Positions 14,411 through 27,961 of a stretch of 64,000 nucleotides of DNA are shown one piece after another. The notes beneath the pieces were generated by a model. It searched no databases, was not told the DNA's origin, and saw only the letters and a program-made list of their open reading frames with translations. Every line of letters begins with the position of its first letter. The first letter of the stretch is position 1. The stretch spans positions 35,588,001 through 35,652,000 of the forward strand of contig OX597837.1 in NCBI GenBank assembly GCA_951406725.2, read 5' to 3'. The position numbers and the translations under genes were made by a program. This DNA comes from Octopus vulgaris. Its lineage: Eukaryota.

Positions 14411-14628
14411 ACAGCACCACCTGGTCCTTGGCTAATAGATCTAACACCCTGACCAGTTCAACACCACCATCTGGTTCTTGGCTGTTAGACCTAACACCCT
14501 GACCAGTTCAACACCACCATCTGGTTCTTGGCTGTTAGACCTAACACCCTGACCAGTTTAACATCACCATCTGGTTCTTGGCTGTTAGACCTAACACCCT
14601 GACCAGTTTAACACCACGATCTGGTTCT
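14411..14628. repeat. 50-bp minisatellite, ~4.4 copies, each with an internal palindrome
   Basis: acaccaccatctggttcttggctgttagacctaacaccctgaccagttca at 14411, 14461, 14511, 14561, partial 14611. Confidence 0.9.
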
Positions 14629-17404
14629 CAGGTGTTTGAAGCAGAGTTCATTATGTTGCATATTGAAGCCAGTGTCCATAATTCTGACCCGCTCACATTT
14701 AAAGCTACAAATATTTAGTCAGAACAGCATCAGTCTCAACTGTATCTGAGAGCCTGCAAAAATCACAACCACTGCTCTTTACACCTCGCATTAAGTTATA
14801 AATTTTTTCTCACAAATGTGTGAACCTTGATGTAGGTGTAAAAAATGAGTGTTGTGATATGATTTTAGGGATATAGTTATGGTTTGCAGTTCAAAATACT
14901 CTGCATTTGATTAATTAAGCCATGCTGAGTGGATATTAAAACCAGCCAAAGTGTTTCATCAAACAAATCGATTCTGGTACTAAATTTTCAAGTCTGGCAT
15001 TTATTCTATCAGTCCCTTTTGCCAAACTGCTAAGTTACAGGGAAGTAAACAAACCAACATCAGTTGTTAGGTGATGGTAAGAGATGCACATACACATGCG
15101 AGGCTTCTACACAGTTTCTGTCTCCCTAATTCACTCACAATGCATTGGTTGGCTCAGACCTTTAATAGAAGACACCCTAGGTACTGCACAGTGGGATTGA
15201 ACCCTAGACCTCATGGTTGGGAAGCAAGCTTCTTACCCATAACCTCTTTGCAATGTTTACCGGGTGCCCTTTATGTGTCCCAGGCAGAAGAAAAAAAAAA
15301 GACAATTTTGTGATGAAAAGAAGATGTGATGAACCCAGCACTCTGTGTTGCAAAACAAGCAAGGCCCAGACTCATTGCTGTGGAAGAAATTATTGATGAT
15401 TCTTGGAGGACGCAAAGGGCTGCCAGAGACGGAGAGCACTGGGAGGCCTAGTTGGCTCTAAGTTTTGTGAGTGGATTTGGTAGATGGAAACTGAAAGAAG
15501 CTCGTCGTCATCATCATAATCTTTTAGCGTCCGCTTTCCATGCTAGCATGGGTTGGACGGTTCAACTGGGGTCTGGGAAGCCAGAAGGCTGCACCAGGCC
15601 CAGTCTGATCTGGCAATGTTTCTACAGCTGTATGCCCTTCCTAACGCCAACCACTCCGTGAGTGTAGTGGGTGCTTTTTATGTGCCAGACGAGGCTGGCA
15701 AATGGCCACGATCAGATGGTGCTTTTTACGTGCCACCGACACGAGGCCAGTCGGGGCGACGCTGGCAATGGCCACATAAAAACTTGGAGAAGAGAAATAG
15801 AGAAATAACGCGTGCGTTCGGTCATATAGTAATATAATAAATAAATAAAATATATGCATATATACATACATATATGTACATACTTACATCTACATGTATA
15901 TATACATGCATACATATATATATATATATGAGTACAGGACACCACAAATAAACGTAGAACACAACGAGAGACGAGAACATAAAATCAAACAAGGAAACGG
16001 ACTTTTTTTAAACAATGAAAAAACAGAGTACAGGACAAACAATACAAGGAAAATTCCCCTTCATCAGCTACCCCTGGTTCGACTCAATGCGTGTTTCGAA
16101 GGTTAGGACAGAACACATTCGAAACAGTCCTTCCTGCAAAAGGAATTAAATAAAATTCTTTTGCAGAGGGGTAAAACAATATATATATATATATATATAT
16201 AAAGATAGATAGATAGATAGCTGCTAGGTGTCAAAACTGTAGTGATTCCAAATAGAGCAGCTGATGATGGGCTGTGTTCATTTAGATGAAAATTGTTGCT
16301 ATGGTGATATATGTATATAGTTAGTAACACATTTTCCTTTTTGGTTCAGTCTTGAATATGTTCTTCATCTTATTGATCATGTCCTCGTTTGTTGCCACAG
16401 TGTTTTTTAGAGTTCAGCTATTGACTTGTACAGGGATGGGTCTTGTTTTATTCTTCCTTTTGATTTAAATGTCCTAGAAAGATATCTGATACCCTTCTAA
16501 CTGCCCTCGTTAATTTATAATGCTTCCCTATCTCCAGCCCATTGCTTTTAGCCTTGTTCTATCTGTAATTTGACACTTAAACCCCCACCCCCGTAAAATT
16601 TTAGGCCTTGTACCCGGTGAGGGTCAGGAAAGAAATTGCGTTGCAGTATTTGTTCCAACTCTTTACATTCTGAGTTCAAATCCTGTCGAAATCCAACTTT
16701 GCTTTGCAATCCTTCAGGGATCAATAAAATAAAGTACAAATCAAATATAGGGGCTGATGGTATTGACTATCTCCTCCCCTTAAAAATGCTGACCATGCGC
16801 CAAAATTTGGAAAAAAATTTCCAACTAGGCACAGGAGTGGCTGTGTGGTAAGTAGCTTGCTTACCAGCCACATGGTTCCAAGTTCAGTCCCACTCTGTGG
16901 CACCTTGGGCAAGTGTCTTCTATTATAGCCTTGGGCCAACCAAAGCCTTGTGAGTGGATTTGGTAGACGGAAACTGAAAGAAGCCCGTCGTATATATATA
17001 TATATATATATACATATATGTCAGGCACTTGCCGTGAGTAATTACTCAGAGTAGGCAGTTGGTGATGTTAATAAGCGAAACACAGGTGCGCGACTGAGAT
17101 GAAGGCAGACTTGTTTCTGCTTTTAAAACACATAAATAAAACTTTGTTGTAGGAATGTACTCAGCATGTGTGCTACACCAGTTCTATGCATAGCTTTAAT
17201 ACTGCGATTGAAAGGCAGGGGCAAATCATGCCTATCTAATCCACAAAAAGATAAAACATTTAGTATTTTATGCTTAATAATCAGAGTAACCTTCATAGTT
17301 TTATTGAATTAGGTTCATATTTTGCTATAAAAGGAAAACGTTACTATCGATCTATTTTATTCAAAACAGGCACTGCCTACTTTTTCTAACCAAGCAGTAT
17401 GTCC

Positions 17405-17436
<32 letters not shown>

Positions 17437-17539
17437 CGGAGTAAACACATAAATGTGAAACAAGGTGGAGAAAAGAGTACTCAAATACCAGAGGTAGAGT
17501 AATATGCTTTATTTAAAGCAGCAGAAAATTCAACAATAT

Positions 17540-17577
17540 CTGTTACTCTGAGTTTCTCGTTGCCATTCATCAGACAG
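17540..17577 (-). ncRNA. Minimal hammerhead ribozyme motif (family 1, opposite arm of palindrome)
   Basis: Reverse complement reads ctgt-CTGATGA-atggcaacga-GAAA-ctcagag-TA-acag. Confidence 0.7.
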
Positions 17578-17618
17578 TTTTTGCTAGAATGGAACCGATA
17601 TATCGGTTCCATTCTAGC

Positions 17619-17667
17619 AAAAACTGTCTGATGAATGGCAACGAAGAAACTCAGAGTAACAGATTTT
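17619..17667 (+). ncRNA. Minimal type I hammerhead ribozyme motif (family 1)
   Basis: ctgt-CTGATGA(17628-34)-atggcaacgaa-GAAA(17646-49)-ctcagag-TA-acag; stem I ctgt/acag, stem III ACTC-A-GAGT, predicted cleavage after GUA at 17658. Confidence 0.7.
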
Positions 17668-17693
17668 GTTGAATTTTCCGCTGCTTTAAATAA

Positions 17694-17736
<43 letters not shown>

Positions 17737-19008
17737 TGTGTGTCTGTGTTTGTTCCCCCCACCATCAATTGACAACTGATGTTGGTGTGTTTATGTCCCT
17801 TTAACTTAGCAGTTTGGCAAAAGCTTACAAAGAATAAGTCCTGGTGTCAATTTATTCAATTAAAAGTGATGCTCCAGTGTGGCCACAGTCAGATGACTGA
17901 AACAAGTAAAAGAGTAAAGAAGGATAACCAATTTATTTGTTTATTTGTTTCAGCCATTAGACTGCGGCCATGCTGGAGCATTGTCCTGAAGAATATTCAG
18001 TCAAATGAATCGACCCCAGCACTTATTTTACTTTTTAAAATCTGGTACTTATTCTGTTGGTCTTCTTTGTTGAACTGTTAAGTTACGGGGACATAAACAC
18101 ACCAACATCGGTTTTCAAGCGGTTGTGGAGGACACAGACTCAAAGATACACACACACACACATATATAGATATTCTTTTATTGGTTTCAGTCACTTGACT
18201 GAGGCCATGCTGGAGCACTGTCTTCAGTGGAACTAGTCAATCCCAGGACTTATTATTTGTAAGCCTAGTACTTATTCTATTGGTTTTCTTTTGCCGAACT
18301 GCTAAGTTACAGGGACGTAAACACACCAATATTGGTTGTCAAGCGATGGTGGGGGTACAAACACAGACACACAAATACACACACGTACATACACATATAT
18401 ATGATGGGCTTCTTTCAGTTTCTCTCTACCAAATCCACTCACAAGGCTTTGGTCGGCCCAAGGCTATAGTAGAAGACACTTGCCCAAGGTGCCATGCAGT
18501 GGGACTGAACCTGGAACCATGTGGTTGAGAAGCAAGCTTCTTACCACACAGCCACTCCTGCGCCGGTATATGTATATTTAGATATATACAAATATGAATG
18601 GCTTCTTTCAGTTTCCATTTACCAAATCCACTCACAAGGTTTTGGTTGGCCCAAGGCTCTGGTAGAAGTTACTCATCAAAGGTTCCACCATGTAGTGGGA
18701 TTGAACCTGGAACCATGTGGGTGAAAAGCAAACCTCTTACTCCACAGACATACCTGTGCCTATTGTAAATAAATTTTAACATCAAAATCTTATATGGACC
18801 CTAGTAGAGATCCACTGGTTTAGTAGATGAAATCGATCCCCAGTACTTGACTGGTACATTATTTTATCCACCATTAATGAATAACGAGCTAAGTAGATTC
18901 AGCTTGAAAAATTACACCAATATACCAAATTAAAAAAATTTTCATTCAATTTTAAAATTTCAAAAAATGTGAGCCAAACAGAAATAGAAGTTGAACCTGG
19001 TGGGATTT

Positions 19009-20325
19009 GAACTCGGAACGTACAAAGCCGGCACCAGAGATGTTTTAGCTTCTGTCATTGTTGATGACAACGATGGTGGAAGGAGGAGGTTATCGCAGTG
19101 TTTATATATTTCCTTACTACCCAGAAGGGGTTAAACACAGAGGGGACAAACAAGGACAGACAAAGGGATTAAGTCTATTATATCGACCCCAGTGCGTAAC
19201 TGGTACTTAATTTATCGACCCCGAAAGGATGAAAGGCAAAGTCGACCTCGGCGCAATTTGAACTCGGAACGTACAAAGCCGGCACCAGAGATGTTTTAGC
19301 TTCTGTCATTGTTGATGACAACGATGGTGGAAGGAGGAGGTTATCGCAGTGTTTATATATTTCTTTACTACCCAGAAGGGGCTAAACACAGAGGGGACAA
19401 ACAAGGACAGACAAAGGGATTAAGTCTATTATATCGACCCCAGTGCGTAACTGGTACTTAATTTATCGACCCCGAAAGGATGAAAGGCAAAGTCGACCTC
19501 GGCGGAATTTGAACTCGGAACGTACAAAGCCGGCACCAGCGATGTTTTAGCTTCTGTCATTGTTGATGACAATGATGGTGACAGGAGGAGGTTATCGCAG
19601 TGTTTATATATTTCTTTACTACCCAGAAGGGGCTAAACACAGAGGGGACAAACAAGGACAGACAAAGGGATTAAATCTATTATATAGGAGAGGAGCTTTC
19701 TCCGTCCGGGTTGCGGATCCGTGGAACAAGCTGCCTGACGAGATGGTGAAGATGCCGACGACCGCTTTGTTCAAAGCCTCCCTGGACCTCAAGTGGCCTG
19801 AACTCTTTACATGAACACCACCCTGTACTTAACTCCATGTCCCCCTACATGGCCTTGCTATTTGCTTTTGAGCCAAATTAACTAACTAACTAACATATCG
19901 ACCCTAGTGCGTAACTGGTACTTAATTTATCGACCCCGAAAGGATGAAAGGCAAAGTCGACCTCGGCGGAATTTGAACTCGGAACGTACAAAGCCGGCAC
20001 CAGCGATGTCCTAGCTTCTGTCATTGTTGATGACAACGATGGTGGAAGGAAGAGGTTATCGCAGTGTTTATATATTTCTTTACTACCCAGAAGGGGCTAA
20101 ACACAGAGGGGACAAACAAGGACAGACAAAGGGATTAAGTCTATTATATCGACCCCAGTGCGTAACTGGTACTTAATTTATTGACCCCGAGAGGATGAAA
20201 GGCAAAGTCGACCTCGGCGGAATTTGAACTCGGAACATACAAAGCCGGCACCAGCGATGTTTTAGCTTCTGTCATTGTTGATGACAACGATGGGTGGAAG
20301 GAGGAGGTTATCTCAGTGTTTATAT
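19009..20325. repeat. 251-bp tandem array (4 units + partial) built from a SINE body plus unique spacer
   Basis: gaactcggaac starts at 19009, 19260, 19511, 19975, 20226. Confidence 0.9.
19686..19894 (+). mobile_element. Second CR1-type LINE 3' end with (TAAC)n tail, ATAT duplication
   Basis: RRGAFSVRVADPWNKLPDEMVKMPTTALFKASLD; adds exactly 213 bp to one 251-bp tandem unit. Confidence 0.8.
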
Positions 20326-20567
20326 TGACACATAGGCTGCTGGTGCTGGTGCTGCTACCGTTTTCTCTTGCCTTGTCCGGGCTTCGAGGCGGAGCCAAAC
20401 CATTCTGTTTTTAGTTGTGTTTTTTAAACATATTTTTGTCTGCTTGTCTGTAAAGTGGTAAAAGAGATTTGGTTATTATTTTGGTTTGCATTTTCGGTGT
20501 CTGCCAGCAACACACACTTCCGCACCATCTTTCCTTGTCTTGTATTCTCTATCGATCGAGCTGTCAA

Positions 20568-20599
<32 letters not shown>

Positions 20600-21779
20600 C
20601 AAGAAGCAAGTCTTACAGCTTAATATATTTATATACATTGGCATTCTACTCTGACCCCTTCCACCTTTTTCCTCCCTCTTCTTCCTCCCTGCTGCTTCTT
20701 CTTCCGTTGTTTGGCACCTTCTTCTTTCCTTCTCTCTTCCGCTTTTCTCTCCTATCCTTTCTCCTCTCTCTCTCTCTCTCTCTTCTGCTTTTCTCTCCTA
20801 TCCTTTCTCCTCTCTCTCTCTTCCGCTTTTCTCTCCTATCCTTTCTCCTCTCTCTCTCTCTTCCGCTTTTCTCTCCTATCCTTTCTCCTCTCTCTCTCTC
20901 TCTCTTCCGCTTTTCTCTCCTATCCTTTCTCCTCTCTCTCTCTCTCTCTTCCGCTTTTCTCTCCTGTCCTTTCTCCTCTCTCTCTATCTCTCTCTCGCCG
21001 CATCTCTCTTTCTTTCCTTCTAGAGTTCATTACAAAAGAATAAAAACTGTATAGGCTAAAAATAAATACACAACTAAATAAATCTATCAATGAAGGAAAT
21101 AAAGAAAAAGAAAGCCTCTTTCTCTCCGTTTTTCTTTTCTCTGTTTGTTTGTTTGTCTCTCTACTTCTCTGTGTCTGTCTGTGTGTGTGTGTCTTTTTTT
21201 CTCTCTTTCTTCCCGTTGCTTCTCACAGAAAGAATAAAAATGAATAAATGTATTTTAAATGAATGAACGAACGAAAAAAGACGAAACCCGTCTCTGCCTC
21301 TCACTCTCTTTGTCCCTCACTTTCTCTCCTTCTCTCTGTCCCTCTCCTTCTCTCTGTTTCTCCCTCTGTCTCTCTCTATCTTTATCTGTCCCCCCGATGC
21401 TTCTTCTTATATAAAGTATAAAATTATAAAAATCATAAATAAATGTATGAATGAACGGGAAAAAAATGGATAAAACCTCTTTCTCTTTCTCTCTCTGTCT
21501 CGTTCACGATGCTTCCTATAGAAGAAATAAATAAATAAATATCATTAATATGAATGAATGAAAGTAAAAAGAAAGAAAAAATACCCAAAACGAAATAAAC
21601 ACAATCCTAAATTTCTGAATAAAACCGACTCGTATCTTCTGCTTTTCTCTCCTGTTGGTCTGGACGTGGCTACTACTGGCTTTGGCCATATCTGACCAGT
21701 TTCTTTGGCCACTATACACACACAGACACACACACACACACACACAATCACTGGTAGTTAGTCAGCCAGTGGGTAACCA

Positions 21780-22160
21780 AGGGCCACTCCCTCTCCCACT
21801 GCACTTCTTCTCCCTCGTTCTTCCTCTCTCTCTACATTCGGTGGGGGTTAGGGCCCCCCCCCCCGACTATTTTTATATTCCTTCTTCCTTGATTGTCCCC
21901 GATCTCGGCCTCCCGCCCGGCCGCCCCGACCGCCCCGACCGCCAAGCCAGCCAGCCAGGCTAACGTCCGCCGCGCCCAACGCCATCCACCCACCAACACC
22001 GCCGCCACCTTGTTCGGATCTCCTCGGTTCCGAATATATTTGAATACTATTTGCATGAATTTGAAAGATTTTTAGTTGTGACTGATATAAATCACCACCA
22101 CTGCAACACACAACACTCCGCGGCACCACCATCCTTCCTCCTCCGTTATAAGCGCGCGCA
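21780..22160. promoter_or_regulatory. CpG/GC-rich island with GC boxes; candidate promoter
   Basis: cccgcccggccgccccgaccgccccgaccgcc and many CpGs in otherwise AT-rich, CpG-poor DNA; SINE-free block around it. Confidence 0.45.
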
Positions 22161-23248
22161 TACACACACACTCTCTCACACACACATACTCTCTCTCACA
22201 CACACACTCTCTCTCATACACACACACACACACACACACTCCCTCATACACACACACACTCTCTCTCTCATACACACACACTCTCTCTCTCATACACACA
22301 TATACACACACTCTCTCACACACACACACACATTCTCTCTCTCTCACACACACACACACTCTCTCTCTCTCATACACACACACTCTCATACACACACACA
22401 CACTCTCTCTCTCATACACACACATACACACGCACACACACACACATACACACGCACTCTCTCATACACACACACACACACACACACACTCTCACACACG
22501 CACACACACACATACACACACACTCTCTCTCACACACACACACTCTCCCTCTCTCACACACGCGCGCGTAGTGTGACGTATCAACATAAACAAATATTAA
22601 AGGGGAGGAGAGGAGGAGGGGGGAAAACCCTTTCCTCCCACCACCACCACTCCGGCCGAGCTCTTCTGATTGTGATTTCTCTAACCGTTCCTTTCTCTAA
22701 GAATTGCTTTGTGGTCATCATCACCATCATCACCACCACCACCACCACTATCATCATCATCATCATCATCATCACCGTCATCACACTATCACCTTCATTC
22801 ACCACCATCGCCGTCACCACTATCATCATCATCATCATCATCATCAACATCATCATCACAACCATCACTAACACAACCACCACCACCACCACCACCATCA
22901 TCATCATCGTCGTCGTCATCATTTCTTTTTTCGCCAATTATTCTTTATATATTTTATACTTCCTCTGGATATTTCTTCACTTCCTTCCCTCCATCGCGGC
23001 TGCTTTTCGCGAAAGACAGAAACAATTTCAAAATTTCTGCTGCAGAAAAATAGAGATGTAAATCTATAAAAAAAAACAAAAGAACAAAAAAAAAAAGAAA
23101 AAAAAGGAGGGGGGAAAAAAAAGAAAAGATTGGTAAATACACATACAGATTCATTATTGATTTATTTATTTATTCTTTTACTGGTTTCATTGTATGTGTG
23201 TATGTGCCTATCTATCTATCTACCTCTATCTATCTATCTACTTATCTA

Positions 23249-23295
<47 letters not shown>

Positions 23296-23298
23296 GTA

Positions 23299-23398
<100 letters not shown>

Positions 23399-23499
23399 CA
23401 TCTATCTCTATCTGTCTATCTATCCATCTATCTATCTATCTACCTACCTATCTATCTGCGCGTGACTGTATGTGTTGAACCCTTATAAAAAACCCTGCT

Positions 23500-23576
23500 T
23501 ACCTTAAACCCCTCCAAAAAAAGGGAGCTGGCGGCCGCACAACTCGCACGCGTACACACACGCGTACACACACTCA

Positions 23577-23609
<33 letters not shown>

Positions 23610-23845
23610 TCACAGACGCCCTCACACGCGCACACTCAACAACACTTACACACACTCATCCGTACGCACACACACACTCGGACACTCACACTCACACAGA
23701 TACAGTGTTCCTCACTTAATTTGTTTCTCTTTATAAAGATCCTGCACCCCCCTCTTCTTCTTCTTCTTCTCTTCCTCCTCCTCACCCCTCTCCTCTTTCC
23801 ATTTCATTTGGCGAGTTTTCCATTCTAAGAAGGATTTTCATTTAG
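23500..23845 (+). other. Candidate non-coding 5' exon ending at a strong donor
   Basis: CpG-rich unique sequence (ggcggccgc..cgcacgcg) then TAG|gtaagt at 23846; start uncertain; linkage to the 50347 acceptor is inference. Confidence 0.4.
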
Positions 23846-24121
23846 GTAAGTCGTTTTATTCGGTCTCTCTCTCTTTCTCTCTCTCTCTCTCTGTCTTTGA
23901 CTACGGGAAGTGTCTGAGTGTGATATTTTCGGGTAAGGCTAGATAGAATGTGTGTGTGGATTAGGGGTGGGCGCTAGGTACATATGTAAAAAAGGTAACC
24001 CCACCCCTGCACAGGAAAAAAAATTAAGGGAAAATGTTACAAACACTGCACCACCCCTACCAAAAAAAAAACCCCTAGAATTTTTGGTTGTGTATGGATG
24101 TGTCTGAGTGTGATATATATA

Positions 24122-24158
<37 letters not shown>

Positions 24159-24225
24159 ATGTGTGTGTGTAGGCCTAGGTGTACCGTACAGACACACATT
24201 TGCACATATATAAACGTATGTGTAT

Positions 24226-24285
<60 letters not shown>

Positions 24286-24491
24286 TTAGGCCTAGGTGTA
24301 CCATACAGACACACATTTGCACATATATAAACGTATGTGTATACACACACACACATATATAAATATATATATATATATATATACTTTATTTTAAGCAGCA
24401 GAAAATTCAACAAAATCTGTTACTCTGAGTTTCTCGTTGCTGTTCATCAGACTCTTTTTTCCACCTTGTTTCACATTTATGTGTTTACTCC

Positions 24492-24551
<60 letters not shown>

Positions 24552-24878
24552 AATGCGATACACAATATATAAATATCTGTTAGTATATGCATATTATGTA
24601 TTTATATGTGAGACTCTGTGTGTGTTGGTCTTGAAGCAAAGAAAATTTGATGTAAATATTTACAATGGATTTTTGTTTTTTAATTAACTTCCAAAAAAAA
24701 AAAATAATATCTGTTGGACTGTGAATGTGTTTTAGAATATCCCTCACTTATTCAATGGGGCACGTGTCGGTCTATCTATCTATCTATCTGTCTGTCTATC
24801 TATCTATCTGCCTGTCTGTCTGTCTATCTATTTGTCTATCTGTCTATCTATCTGTCTGTCTGTCTGTCTATTTGTCTA

Positions 24879-24909
<31 letters not shown>

Positions 24910-25819
24910 GTCTGTCTATCTGTCTATCTGTCTGTCTATCTATTTGTCTATCTGTCTGTCTGTCTATCTATCTGTCTGTCTATCTATTTGTCTATCTGTC
25001 TGTCTATCTATTTGTCTGTCTGTCTGTCTATCTGTCTATCTATCTGTCTGTCTGTCTATTTATCTATCTGTCTGTCTATCTATTTGTCTATCTGTCTGTC
25101 TATCTATTTGTCTATCTGTCTGTCTATCTATCTGTCTGTCTGTCTATCTATTTGTCTATCTGTCTATCTATCTGTCTGTCTGTCTATTTGTCTATCTGTC
25201 TGTCTGTCTATTTGTCTATCTATCTATCTATCTTTCTGTGTGTGTGTGTGTACGCCTGTTGTTTTAGGGACGTTTTACATGATTATGGTACTGAGACGAT
25301 TTCATAATAAATTATACATACATATACATACATACATACATATATATGTGTGTTTGTGTGTGTGCAAATACAAAGCAACACCTATGTGTTGCATTGTGTT
25401 CGTGTGTGCATACACTCACAACCACACACGCATACATAATGCCTTATACACACGCACGTATATTCACACACCTATGCTTGTATGTATGTCTGTATGTATA
25501 AATACACAAACATATGCGTGTTTCGTGCTTGCACGCACGTGTGTGAGTGTGTAAGTTTAACCAGAAAACCTTGGCTTTCGTCCCGAAACACTTTCTGAAA
25601 TTTATATTTAAGCACGAAACTTTTCGCCTTCGAGTCACTACTTCACAATTCCCGACACACACAAGCACACACACACACACACATCGTATGTACATGTATG
25701 TATGTATGTATGAGCGTCGGCTGCGACTTCCGAATTTGTGGCGACCTCTTCATCACCTCTTCCTCGACTGTACGGGAGGTCCAGTCAACGGAGGAACAAA
25801 TCTCTTGACAGTTTTTTTT

Positions 25820-26250
25820 GGCGATCTTTCGTCTCTAGTAGACCTTTCCGTCGATTTCCGTAAAAAAAATTTTTTTTCTTTTACATATGGGCTTGCGGGA
25901 ACTTTTGAAGTAATATACATACATATACACATACACCGAGTAAAAAAATTTCAGTTATCTCTTTCTTTCACACATTACTCTGTCTCTTCGCACACACTAA
26001 CAGAAGCACTTCACTTACACAACATACTGTCTGTCTCCCACACCCCATCAAACACACACACACACACATGTACATCAATGCTTCCCCTGGACGGTAACTT
26101 CAAAAGAACTTCCCTCGTCATACAATCGCTTTCTCTTAGTCTCTTTCGCTCTCATTACTTCAAAAATTCCCGCAAGCCCATACGTAAAAAAAAAATAAAT
26201 ATTTTTTTACGGAAATCGACGGAAAGGTCTACTAGAGACGAAAGATTGCC
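25820..26250. mobile_element. Mutator-like MITE with ~95-bp TIRs and 10-bp TSD
   Basis: GGCGATCTTTCGTCTCTAGTAGACC.. / ..GGTCTACTAGAGACGAAAGATTGCC; AGTTTTTTTT at 25810-25819 and 26251-26260. Confidence 0.8.
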
Positions 26251-26991
26251 AGTTTTTTTTCTTACGCCAGAAGAGATGGATCATTATCATTATCAATGTT
26301 GTTGTTCTCATCATCCCAGAACTTAGCCGAAACTCTTGAACCACACAATGAGACCTCATCATTCTTCCTTGCCCTCCGTGTATACTCTCACGTATCATGC
26401 TTAGAACTCATTTCCTCCCACCCACGTTTCTTGACGACGAAACTACCAACAACGGTTTGGATTACAAGCTTCGAGACGGTCCACTTTCGTTTCGTCTCTC
26501 TTCGTTGTCGCTAGAAATTAGCCGGGAGAGGAAGATAGATAGATGAATTGATAGAGGGTGAGGTAGATAGATAGATGAAGTGATAGAGGGTGAGAGCTCT
26601 ATATGTATGTATGTATGTATGTATGTACGTAGCTATATATGTAGGTATGTTTGTATGGATGTATGTATGGATGTATGTATGTTTGTATGTACGTATGTAT
26701 GTATGTATGCATTTATGTATGTATGTATGTATGTACCTACGTACGTAGCTATATATGTAGGTAAGTTTGTATGGATGTATGTATGTATGTATACATTTAT
26801 GTATGTATGTATGCATTTATGTATGTAGCTATGTATATAGGTATGTTTGTATGTATGTACGTACGTATGTATGTACTTATTTATTTATGTATGTACGTAC
26901 GTACGTTTGCTTCAGTCATTAGACTGCGGCCATGTTGGGGCACAGCCTTGAAGAATTTCAGGTCGAATGAATCAGTCCCAGCACGTATTAT

Positions 26992-27025
<34 letters not shown>

Positions 27026-27914
27026 TGTGTACAGTGCTCAGGTGCACTACAACTCATCTAAAGTGTATATATAATCAGGTGAAGTTTCGGCGGATTTCGG
27101 AAAGCATGAGGGCCTTAAAAGATGCATATTTTTAAAGCCTAGTGTTTATTCTGTCGGTTTCTTTAACCGAACCTTTAAGTTACAGGGACATAAAGCACAC
27201 CAATACCGGTTGTCAAGCAGTAGTGTGGACACACACACACGCACAAACACGATGGGCTTCTTTCAGTTTCTGTCTACCAAATCCACTCACAAGGCTTTGG
27301 TCGGCCCGAGGCTATAGTAGAAAACAAGGCAGATCACTGAAGATACTTGCCCAAGGTGCCACGCAGTGGGACTGAACCTGGAACCATGTGGTTGAGAATC
27401 AAACTTCTTACTGCTTAGCCAGTACGTGTGTGGGTGTGTGTGTATGAATATATATATATCACCGTGACCGACCAGGCTATCAGATGTTGCTACACATCGC
27501 TGGTCACAATGCACTTCGCATTGTTTTACCCTTCAAATGACGCCACCCCGTGATTTTAAGGGTTTTTAACTCTTATTTGTAGCAGTGTAGGTGCAATCCT
27601 GCACCCTCAGTCACAATTGAATTTCTCCTTTCTGGTTTTATATTGTGTATAGCTGCCTTCATTGTTTTACATATATATATATATCATCATCATTTAACGT
27701 CCGTTTTCCATGCTAGCATGGGTTGGACGGTTCAACTGGGGTCTGGGAAGCCAGGAGGCTGCACCGGGCTCCAGTCTGATCTAGCAGTGTTTCTACAGCT
27801 GGATGCCCTTCCTAACACCAACCACTCTGTGAGTGTAGTGGGGTTTTTTTACATGCCACCGGTACATGGGCCAGGGGAGGCTGGCAACAGCCACGATCGG
27901 TTGGTGCCTTTTAC

Positions 27915-27961
<47 letters not shown>

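Larger units (their letters stand above)
17437..17693. mobile_element. TA-flanked non-coding Penelope-like/retrozyme-like element with 185-bp palindrome
   Basis: Arms 17509-17600 and 17601-17693 with no loop; related partial copies at ~24383-24492 and ~36984-37110; all flanked by (TA)n. Confidence 0.6.
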
